A stretch of 54,619 bases of DNA from positions 1 to 54,619 of the forward strand of contig JAKLKB010000055.1 of NCBI GenBank assembly GCA_023150835.1. The letters run 5' to 3'. Position numbers and translations under genes: made by a program. The stretch comes from Myxococcota bacterium. GTDB lineage: Bacteria; Myxococcota_C; UBA6777. Position 1 is the first letter of the stretch, and the number at the start of each line of letters is the position of its first letter. Shown here in pieces: positions 1-7,987 of this stretch. The notes under the pieces were generated by a model, which was not told where the DNA came from, ran no database searches, and saw only the letters and a program-made list of their open reading frames with translations.

Positions 1-192
1 GGGTGGAGGGGGGGGTTCGGCTTCTTCTTTGGCCTTTGCAGGGGCAGGGGCTGCGGGGGGAGGAGTTTTCTCGGGAACGACTTGGGGAGGTTTTGGGGGG
101 GTCGGTGGATGCGCAAAATTCGGTGCGACGAAGGTCACAGAAAGTACACACACCGAGAGGCAAGAGAACAGCACTGTCGCAAGACGCGTCAT
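1..192 (-). CDS. Partial (runs off the left edge) secreted/membrane protein with Pro-rich linker
   Basis: Not in the ORF track because it has no stop in the window. ATG at 192 preceded by AAAGGAG; reads MTRLATVLFSCLSVCVLSVTFVAPNFAHPPTPPKPPQVVPEKTPPPAAPAPAKAKEEAEPPLHP (signal-peptide-like start, then Pro/Ala linker). Confidence 0.7.
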   Translation of the reverse strand, partial: MTRLATVLFSCLSVCVLSVTFVAPNFAHPPTPPKPPQVVPEKTPPPAAPAPAKAKEEAEPPPPP

Positions 193-413
193 GGAATCGC
201 TCCTTTTTGTGCAGGGATGAGGAACAGCAGAACGGGAAAAGGCCCGACCCAACAAGGTGTGGCAGAGTTTCAGCCTGCTTTTTGGGACGGCGGGTGTTAG
301 CTTAATGTTTCACGCCCTGTTATGCAAGAAAGCGTTGACTTTCGCGCAAACAGCGATAAGGTGAGCGAAGCGATGGATGACCTGCGGGACTAGAACATAA
401 CTAAGGTGGAATT

Positions 414-1274
414 ATGACGAAAGCGCTCGTGTTGTTTTCAGGCGGACAAGATAGTACCACTTGCTTGTATTGGGCTTTGCAAAACTTCGATGATGTGGCC
501 GCTTTGGGCTTTGATTACGGGCAAAAACATCGTGTCGAACTCGAACAAGCCACCAAGATCGCGGAGATGGCGGGAGTTCCCTTTGAGATCTTAACCCTCG
601 ATCATCTGTTGGGAAACTCTGCTCTCCTCCAACATGACCGCGATATCAACGCGCCTCATCCCCAAGCTGCCGGACTTCCCGGGGCGTTTGTGCCCGGTCG
701 CAACCTGATCTTCCTTTCGATCGCTGCAAGCTACGCTTTCAATCGCGGTATCTTTGATATCGTCGGTGGGATGTGCCAAACCGATTATTCGGGGTATCCA
801 GATTGCCGCCGCGTCTTCATCGAAAGCTTTGAAACCACGATCTCTTTGGCGACCATGCAAGACTTTCGTGTCCACACGCCGCTGATGTACATGAATAAAG
901 CCGATACCTTCAAATTGGCCGAAGATTTAGGCGTTTTGGAGGTGATCTTGGAACACACACACACCGACTACAACGGCGATCGCAGTGAACGCCATCCGTG
1001 GGGATATGGAAAACTCGACAACGAAGCCAGCCGCCTTCGCGCCCGTGGTTACGAAGAATTTCGACGCCGCTATCATCCCGCCGAAGACCTCTCCACAGGA
1101 ACAGATATCCCCACCATTGGTGGCCCCGCAACTATCGAGATGATGGCCTTTGATGTCGGGAGCCTTGCCGCCGCTGCCGCCGCAAGAGAGTCTTCTCCCT
1201 CGGTCTCCCCCGAACTCACGGGTGCCGCAACCGACGAACACGAAGCCGTCCCCGACCCCGATAAAAGCAATTGA
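414..1274 (+). CDS. queC: 7-cyano-7-deazaguanine synthase QueC (Cys-less C-terminal motif, low-complexity tail)
   Basis: PP-loop SGGQDSTT, FDYGQKH, FVPGRNLIF, DYSGYPDCR, TPLM motifs; upstream AAGGTGG SD-like sequence. Confidence 0.93.
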   Translation: MTKALVLFSGGQDSTTCLYWALQNFDDVAALGFDYGQKHRVELEQATKIAEMAGVPFEILTLDHLLGNSALLQHDRDINAPHPQAAGLPGAFVPGRNLIFLSIAASYAFNRGIFDIVGGMCQTDYSGYPDCRRVFIESFETTISLATMQDFRVHTPLMYMNKADTFKLAEDLGVLEVILEHTHTDYNGDRSERHPWGYGKLDNEASRLRARGYEEFRRRYHPAEDLSTGTDIPTIGGPATIEMMAFDVGSLAAAAAARESSPSVSPELTGAATDEHEAVPDPDKSN

Positions 1275-1333
1275 TATCCTGTTTACAGGTGAGTCCTCGT
1301 TGAAAACCATAAGAGAGTTTTGGGGGAATGGCT

Positions 1334-2596
1334 TTATGCTTTGTCCGCTTTTAGCACCGCATTGAGCAATACGGTCGCTGCGGAAGTACAATGTTCGGGG
1401 GAGGAGTATTCTTGTTCGCAGTGGGACAATCCATCTTTGGATTGTACGAAGATCATCGTGCTGGGCATCATATAGGCAACAAACTGCGCGTCATGCCCGG
1501 CACCAGAGTGGATCATCTGATGGGACACTCCGCTTTCTTCGGCTGCTTTCTTTACATAGCCCACCAATTCGGGATCCCAGTAGACGGTGTCGCGATTCCA
1601 CATCTTCTCGACTTCACAGCGACATCCTGCCCAATCTTTCTTCGCACATTCTTTTACGATAGAAAGAACCTTCTCCAGAACTTCAGCGCTTTCATGCCTC
1701 ACATCGATAGAAAAATCCACGTAATCCGGAACGCAAGTATGGATGCAGGGGTGGCAAACGATCTCGCCAGTGGTGTAGACCAACTCAGGGTGACCCAGTT
1801 TGTCAATCTCTTCATGGAGATAGCAGATCACCTGAGAGGCCGCAAACAGAGCATCTTTTCGTTTGGTCATCGGAAAAGTTCCAGCATGAACCGCTTGACC
1901 ACGAAAACGAAAACGATAATTAAACATCCCCAACACACAGCGCACGACCCCGATGTCCTTGTCGGCATCTTCGAGGATCGGCCCCTGTTCGATGTGGATC
2001 TCAAACATACACTTGTACCGCTCGGGATCGAGGCGGTATGTTCGATCGCCTTGGTAACCAGAACGCTCCAAGGCTTCACCAAAGGTCTCAGAAGGGTTCA
2101 GGCGGCTTTTGGATCTCATCATATCGTCGTATTTGAATTTTTCTTTGACTGTTGCGGGAAGTTTATCCCAACAGACAATCCCAGAAGCCATCATCGCCGG
2201 AGGATAAAGAGAACCTTCTTCGTTTGTCCAGATCATGGCGGTCAGAGGGTGTTTGTGAGGGATCTTCTGAGCGGCGACAGTTTCGAGCACCTCCATCGCA
2301 GAGATAACGCCAAGGATCCCATCGTAGTTTCCGCCATTTTTGACAGAGTCTGTATGGGAACCCATCACGATGCGTTTTGCCTCGGGATTACTGCCGGAAA
2401 GAGTGGCGTACATATTTGCGATATCATCGACTTCAATGATCGCTCCGATGGCTTCCATCCTTTTGGTGAATTCTTTTCGGGCTTGGATATCTTCGGCAGA
2501 GAGGGCATAGCGAGTGACCCCACCGCGACCCGTGTCACCAAACTTGCTAAACGCTTGAATCTTTTCGGTCATACTTTGCAAACTGCACTTGTACAT
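1334..2596 (-). CDS. M20 Zn-dependent amidohydrolase (N-carbamoyl-L-amino acid / allantoate amidohydrolase family)
   Basis: GSHTDSV, GGNYDGILGV, NEEG, EIHIEQGP, HAGT, SGAGHDAQ, GLSH motifs. Confidence 0.9.
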   Translation of the reverse strand: MYKCSLQSMTEKIQAFSKFGDTGRGGVTRYALSAEDIQARKEFTKRMEAIGAIIEVDDIANMYATLSGSNPEAKRIVMGSHTDSVKNGGNYDGILGVISAMEVLETVAAQKIPHKHPLTAMIWTNEEGSLYPPAMMASGIVCWDKLPATVKEKFKYDDMMRSKSRLNPSETFGEALERSGYQGDRTYRLDPERYKCMFEIHIEQGPILEDADKDIGVVRCVLGMFNYRFRFRGQAVHAGTFPMTKRKDALFAASQVICYLHEEIDKLGHPELVYTTGEIVCHPCIHTCVPDYVDFSIDVRHESAEVLEKVLSIVKECAKKDWAGCRCEVEKMWNRDTVYWDPELVGYVKKAAEESGVSHQMIHSGAGHDAQFVAYMMPSTMIFVQSKDGLSHCEQEYSSPEHCTSAATVLLNAVLKADKA

Positions 2597-2627
2597 GACG
2601 ATCCCCTTGGCTTTTGAGACAACTTCT

Positions 2628-2745
2628 ATAGGACTTACGCAGTTCGATACGAAAAAGGCCCATGTTCGGGCGCGGGCGGTTCGCGAACCGCCCCTACAAC
2701 GGGTTGATTCTTCACGGTTTCCCTCTTCAACTGCGTAACTCCTAT
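2628..2745 (+). mobile_element. MITE-like repeat family A, copy 1 (17-bp TIR, internal REP-like hairpin)
   Basis: Ends ataggacttacgcagtt / aactgcgtaactcctat (1 mismatch); internal gggcggttcgcgaaccgcccctac hairpin; near-identical inverted copy at 19479-19594. Confidence 0.8.
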
Positions 2746-3106
2746 TCTATTCCAGAACGCTTGCTGCATCCAAGACACTATACACAACAGAAAACCACTC
2801 GGCTAGATGACCGCAACGCTAAGGGAACTCACCCCGAGGCCCTCTCCACCGCTTCCTGCTTGGAGAATGCAGCAGCATCTCCTTTGTCGAATCACAGGGT
2901 TCATCGGTTGATTTGCCGCTGGTGGGTTACAGTACCCGCCCACATTCTTTTGGGGGCGAGAAAAAAGTTGAAAGATACGCGGCTTCGGGGCACATTGCGT
3001 TTCCAGTACGGAGGGAAAGATCGGAGCCTTGGAGCGGCTTTGATCGTACCTCCGCATCGGTCCCTCTCTTTTGGCATATCAAGTCGGCAACCACGGAGAT
3101 TTGTTC

Positions 3107-4324
3107 ATGAATGTGCTGTTTTTGAGTCCATCTTATCCGCGTGAGATGCCCCATTTCACACGAGGGCTTGCAGAAGTCGGAGTCCGTGTGTGGGGGGTGG
3201 GGGATCAGCCTGCCCATGCCTTGCCCGAAGAGGTTCGGCGCTATCTATCGGATTATTTACAGGTTCCGCGTTTGCTAGACGAAGACGATCTTGTGGAGCG
3301 CACGCTGCGTTGGTTGAGAGGTCGTTCTGTCGATCACGTCGAGTCGTTGTGGGAACCCTTGATGGTGGCTGCTGCCCGTATACGCCAGCAGATCCAGCTT
3401 CCCGGGATGACGCCCGAACACGTCACGGATTTTCGCGACAAACAGCGGATGAAAGAACGCGTTGCTTCTGTAGGCATCCGTGTGCCTTATGCATTCCGAG
3501 CCCGTTCCATCAGCGAAATCCGCGAGGCCGTGGAGAAGATCGGGTATCCTCTGATCCTCAAACCCATCGCAGGAGCGGGCAGCGCTGACACCTACCGTAT
3601 CAATTCCCCCCAAGAACTCGAACAGATCTTGCCTCGCTTGCAGCACGTCCCGGAGCTCAGTTGCGAAGAATTTATCGATGGCCGTGAATTCACCTTTGAT
3701 GCTCTCTGCTTGGAAGGCAGGCCGCTCTTTGTCAGCGTCACAGAGTACCTACCACGGCCCTTGATCATGCGAACCAACGAATGGATCAGCCCTGTGCAGA
3801 TCACGATCCGCGACCTTCAACAACCTCACCTCGCACCCGGCCTACAGATGGGGCACGAAGTCCTCGAAGCCATGCAGATGCAAACAGGCTTTGTCCACAT
3901 GGAATGGTATCTTACTTCCAAAGGAGAAGCCGTCTTTGGTGAGATCGCGTGTCGTCCCGGAGGAGCTTATATCGTCGATCAGATGAATTTTTCCAATGAT
4001 ATCGATCTCTTTCGGGAGTGGGCGCGTGTACGCTGCCACCAAACCTTTCATTCTCCAACTGCGCGGCCTTATAACGTCGCGGCGATCTTCAAGCGCGCAC
4101 AAGGACAAGGACATATCCGATCCATCCACGGGCTACAGCACTTTCGTGAACAATGTGGGCGTTGGCTTTGCGCCGAACACCTGCTCCCCATCGGTGCGCT
4201 GCGTCGAGATTGGAAACAAACGTTGCTCAGCGACGGTGTGCTGATCGTTCGCCACCCCGATTGGGACACCACCGTTCAGATGGCTCGGATGGCTGCCACA
4301 CAGATTCAATTGTTCGCCGCCTAA
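3107..4324 (+). CDS. ATP-grasp domain protein (carboxylate-amine ligase-like, unknown substrate)
   Basis: Start MNVLFLSP after GGAG; FRDKQRMK, GYPLILKPIAGAGS, EEFIDGREF, HMEW, GEIACRPGG; paralogous to 49878-51041. Confidence 0.85.
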   Translation: MNVLFLSPSYPREMPHFTRGLAEVGVRVWGVGDQPAHALPEEVRRYLSDYLQVPRLLDEDDLVERTLRWLRGRSVDHVESLWEPLMVAAARIRQQIQLPGMTPEHVTDFRDKQRMKERVASVGIRVPYAFRARSISEIREAVEKIGYPLILKPIAGAGSADTYRINSPQELEQILPRLQHVPELSCEEFIDGREFTFDALCLEGRPLFVSVTEYLPRPLIMRTNEWISPVQITIRDLQQPHLAPGLQMGHEVLEAMQMQTGFVHMEWYLTSKGEAVFGEIACRPGGAYIVDQMNFSNDIDLFREWARVRCHQTFHSPTARPYNVAAIFKRAQGQGHIRSIHGLQHFREQCGRWLCAEHLLPIGALRRDWKQTLLSDGVLIVRHPDWDTTVQMARMAATQIQLFAA

Positions 4325-4358
4325 CAGAGGTCGATCGACGGATGTCGCCGAAGCCCTC

Positions 4359-6206
4359 TTATTGATAGCCCGCTGCTTGGATCGAGAACAGATGGGCATA
4401 ACGCCCCTGTTTCTCCATCAATTCTTCATGCGTGCCTTGTTCGACGACTTGCCCTTTGTCGAGAACGACGATCTGATCGGCCATTCGGACGGTAGAAAAG
4501 CGATGCGAGATCAAGATCGCCATCTGCGCTTCGGTGACTTCGCGGAAGTGATCAAAGATCCGTGCTTCTGCATCCGCATCCATCGCAGAAGTCGGTTCAT
4601 CAAGCACAAGGATATCCGCATCTCGGCGCATAAACGCCCGTGAAAGGGCGATCTTTTGCCACTGCCCGATCGATAGCTCGCGCCCGTCTTGAAACCATCG
4701 CCCCAACTGCGTATCGTAGCCCGCGTCCATCTCCGCAATAAACGGATGTGCCATGCCTTTTTCTGCAGAAGTCCGCCATAGCTCGCGATCTTCAAAGGCA
4801 TGCACATCACCGATGCCGATATTCTCGCCGACTTTGAACTGATAACGCACAAAGTCTTGAAAGATGACGCCGATACGTTGGCGCAGCGCGTCAAGATCCC
4901 ACGCTTGGATATCCAATCCGTCTAAGGTGATCCGTCCGCTCGTCGGTGTATAAAGCTGTGTCAGCAGCTTGATCAGCGTGGTCTTTCCTGAGCCGTTTTC
5001 CCCGACCAAGGCCAGTTTTTGCCCCGGCTTGAGGTGGAAAGAGACCCCCGACAATGCCGCTTGCTTTGCGCTCGGGTAGCAGAACGAAACCGATTCAAAT
5101 CGCACACCATCCCCGATCATCGGCCCTTTGGTCGCACCGTTGGTCTGCGTCTGGATCGGCGTGTCAAGGTATTCGTACAGATTGAACAGATACAAGTTGT
5201 CTTCGTACATCGCCCCGATCGAGGCCAGACTTGCGGTGATCGCCGACTGGCCTTGTTTGAAGACCAACAGGTACATCGTCATCTCGCCAAGCGTGATCTT
5301 TCCTTTCGCAGCGTCCCAAGCAATCCAACCGTAGGCACCATAAAAGATCACGCTACTAAAGACGCCCAACACAAATCCCCACATCCCACGACGCAAGATC
5401 AGCGACCGATCTTCGGAGAATATCTTGTTGAAGATCGCATCGTAGCGATCCAACAACAACGCACCGCTTTGAAATAACTGGACTTCTTTGACGTAATCTT
5501 CGCGGGCGATCACCATCTCCAAATAACTTTGTTGCCGCGTTTCAGGTACACGCCAGCGATTCAGTCGAAAAGCTTCGCGTGAAAAATAGGTCTCCGCAAA
5601 AAACGCCGGCAGGGCCGCACAGATCAAGACGAGAACCACCCAGCCCGAGAATTGAAACAGCAACCAACCGTACACACACAACGAGATCCCGTGTTGGATC
5701 AATCCGAATACCCGCTGAAATAGACCGATGGGGCGGCTAGAGGCTTCTCGTCTTGCGCGGGTCATCTTGTCGTAGAACTCGGCATCTTCAAAGTGTTTGA
5801 GTTCTAGATGGATCGCTTTTTCAAGGATCAAGTGGTTGATCTTGTGCCCAATCAAGGCTCGTAACAGCGACTGCAAGACGTTGATCGCACGTTGTATGCC
5901 CAATAGAGCCGTCACAAGGGCCACTTCGATACCCAAGTAATACACGGCTTGCCAACGCCCCGTATGATCGGGAGAACGCGAAGCCATCACCACAGCGTCG
6001 ACGATCAGTTTGCCGACATACGCCACGGCCCCCGGCAACAGCCCTGCGATCAATGTACACAGCGCAAACAGCAACGTCAGACGCGGCTGTTCTCGCCAGA
6101 TCTGCGCAACGGTGCGCGGCCCATAGTGAAAGGTTTCCCAAAACCGTTTGAGCTTTTCTTTGAGAAATGCCCCGATCGGTCGCTCTTGTGTCGAAGATTC
6201 AGACAT
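4359..6206 (-). CDS. ABC exporter, fused permease/ATPase
   Basis: N-terminal TM helices; Walker A GENGSGKT; signature LSIGQWQK; Walker B ILVLDEPT; H-loop SHR. Start at MSESS chosen over the longer ORF-track start. Confidence 0.9.
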   Translation of the reverse strand: MSESSTQERPIGAFLKEKLKRFWETFHYGPRTVAQIWREQPRLTLLFALCTLIAGLLPGAVAYVGKLIVDAVVMASRSPDHTGRWQAVYYLGIEVALVTALLGIQRAINVLQSLLRALIGHKINHLILEKAIHLELKHFEDAEFYDKMTRARREASSRPIGLFQRVFGLIQHGISLCVYGWLLFQFSGWVVLVLICAALPAFFAETYFSREAFRLNRWRVPETRQQSYLEMVIAREDYVKEVQLFQSGALLLDRYDAIFNKIFSEDRSLILRRGMWGFVLGVFSSVIFYGAYGWIAWDAAKGKITLGEMTMYLLVFKQGQSAITASLASIGAMYEDNLYLFNLYEYLDTPIQTQTNGATKGPMIGDGVRFESVSFCYPSAKQAALSGVSFHLKPGQKLALVGENGSGKTTLIKLLTQLYTPTSGRITLDGLDIQAWDLDALRQRIGVIFQDFVRYQFKVGENIGIGDVHAFEDRELWRTSAEKGMAHPFIAEMDAGYDTQLGRWFQDGRELSIGQWQKIALSRAFMRRDADILVLDEPTSAMDADAEARIFDHFREVTEAQMAILISHRFSTVRMADQIVVLDKGQVVEQGTHEELMEKQGRYAHLFSIQAAGYQ

Positions 6207-6265
6207 CGGTGGTTCACCCCAAGACTTTCCACTGCGACTTCCACGATCTGAGAAAAGCCCCATCG

Positions 6266-7321
6266 TTAGATACTTGACGGCGCTTCGGTGAGCGCATGGG
6301 CTTGTTTGGAGGCAAAACAGAACAGCTCTTGGCGATTGTAAACAAGCTGCTCGACAAACAGGTGCGGAAAGCCCGATGCACGGATCTTTTTGAGCATCCA
6401 TTTGAGATCGCCAAGCAGCGAGGGTTGGTTGAGCTTTAAGGTGAAGAATCCCCATTGCAGCGAAGGGATGGCACTCAACAGCGCAGAGAGATGGCCGAGC
6501 ATCAACTTGGGTGAGAGATTCACGTCATACACTACGCCTGATATCCCCGTCGGTAGGGTCTTTGGGTCCACATTCTCCATCACAAGAGGCAGAAGGTGGA
6601 AGCGTTTGTTGGCGAGGATCGAGGGGTGCATCTGTGCGGCATCGACACCGACGACTTGCGCGCCAAAGTCCAATAGGACGCGTGTTCCGCCACCCGGCGC
6701 GCAGCCGATATCGAGCAATATATCTCGTGCGTTGGGCTTGATCTTGGTGCGCCAAAAAGCTTCCGAGACTTTCCCCCACACGCGGCTTGGCGCCTCTTCG
6801 GGGATGGACAAAAACGGCGGACGGCCCGCGACGGAGGAACGATGCGGAGGGGATTGCAGACTGGCTCCGATCGCGATGCGCTCGGGATCGATCTCGATCA
6901 GATGTAGCACCACTTGGCCTTGCAGAGCCTCCCGATTGATCGGCGTAGAGGTCGATTTGGTGATCTCGGCGAGCAGTGAGGCTTCGCGTGCTTGGATCTC
7001 GGGAGGGAGGGCGTCGTTGGCTTCGGACTCTCGCGCCCAAAGGTGGACGATATCAGGGAGCCGTTGTAGGTGGGTTTGCGCAAGATCCCACGCTTGCGCG
7101 ATGTCGGGTTTCCATCCAAAGGAAAGCCCCCATCTTCGGGCAAAAACGCTTGGGCGTGGTACATCCAAACCCAACAGCGTCTCGCTTTTGTAGGTGAGAT
7201 ATCCCGGGCGCGAAAAGGCGAACCGCAGCGCAGGATAGCGCGCTTGGATATCGGCCTTGACGAGCGGTTCTGCCCCGGGCTGGCAGGTCAAAAACAAAAA
7301 AGGGCTTTGTGTATCGAGCAT
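6266..7321 (-). CDS. RlmM/FtsJ-like SAM-dependent RNA methyltransferase
   Basis: APSRxxxK motif, SAM-binding DIGCAPGGG, VGVD, DVN, TLKL, NRQE. Start MLDTQ assumed. Confidence 0.75.
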   Translation of the reverse strand: MLDTQSPFLFLTCQPGAEPLVKADIQARYPALRFAFSRPGYLTYKSETLLGLDVPRPSVFARRWGLSFGWKPDIAQAWDLAQTHLQRLPDIVHLWARESEANDALPPEIQAREASLLAEITKSTSTPINREALQGQVVLHLIEIDPERIAIGASLQSPPHRSSVAGRPPFLSIPEEAPSRVWGKVSEAFWRTKIKPNARDILLDIGCAPGGGTRVLLDFGAQVVGVDAAQMHPSILANKRFHLLPLVMENVDPKTLPTGISGVVYDVNLSPKLMLGHLSALLSAIPSLQWGFFTLKLNQPSLLGDLKWMLKKIRASGFPHLFVEQLVYNRQELFCFASKQAHALTEAPSSI

Positions 7322-7415
7322 GGCCACAGGCGAAGTGTTCCTTGTTGCGGAGGGTTGTGGTAGGGTGCGGTGCTTTTGCCGAAGCGCAGAAGAACACACA
7401 GACAGAGAGGACACA

Positions 7416-7985
7416 ATGTTGGTGTATACCATGCGTTTGGCAAGCCACTTTCTCTGGTATGCCAAAAAGCCCAAGATCCAAGCCTTTGACTCGATATCGC
7501 AAAACTATCGCGCATGGCCTTGGATCTGTGACAACAACCTTCATGTCAACAATGCCCAGTACTTGCGCTTGATGGAGTTTGGGCGCGTTGAATGGATCGC
7601 TCGGATGAAACTTTTGCGACCGATACTCCGAGGAGAAGTCTCTTTTGTGGTGGCGGGGATGTCGATGCTTTTTCGTCGAGAAATTCGGTGGATGCGGCGT
7701 TTTCGGATCGAAACGCGATTGGTCGCTTTTGATCAAAAATGGTTGTTTCTCCAACAAGACTTTGTTTTCGACAACGCGGGATCTTCCGTGATCGCTGCGC
7801 GTGGCTTGTTGCGCATCCAACCCCGAGCCCAAAAAGCCGCCATGCCGGTCGATGATTTTTTCGCGATGGTGGGACTTTCCGAACTGGTGTCCCCGCCTCT
7901 GCCCGAAGAATTCGCCCATTGGCAAGCCTCCAGCGATGCGTCCCTTGCCCAACTGCGCACCAACGCGGAGATCCCGAATCGATAA
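7416..7985 (+). CDS. Hotdog-fold acyl-CoA thioesterase (4HBT-like)
   Basis: CDNNLHVNNAQYLRLMEFGR motif; GAGAGG SD before ATG at 7416. Confidence 0.8.
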   Translation: MLVYTMRLASHFLWYAKKPKIQAFDSISQNYRAWPWICDNNLHVNNAQYLRLMEFGRVEWIARMKLLRPILRGEVSFVVAGMSMLFRREIRWMRRFRIETRLVAFDQKWLFLQQDFVFDNAGSSVIAARGLLRIQPRAQKAAMPVDDFFAMVGLSELVSPPLPEEFAHWQASSDASLAQLRTNAEIPNR

Positions 7986-7987
7986 GT

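Noticed and set aside
193-413. preQ1 riboswitch upstream of queC
   Set aside because: No recognisable stem-loop plus A-rich tail consensus. Only a weak TTGACT-16-TAAGGT promoter candidate, too weak to report.
414-1274. QueC as part of a defence or DNA-modification system (QatC, Dpd, CBASS type IV)
   Set aside because: No TatD, ATPase, DpdA/TGT or cyclase neighbours; length and motifs fit the tRNA-pathway QueC.
1391-2617. Long antisense ORFs (also 15686-17257, 51817-53061, 44474-45610, 45956-47029, 29832-30806)
   Set aside because: Shadows of well-supported genes on the opposite strand, with no motifs of their own.
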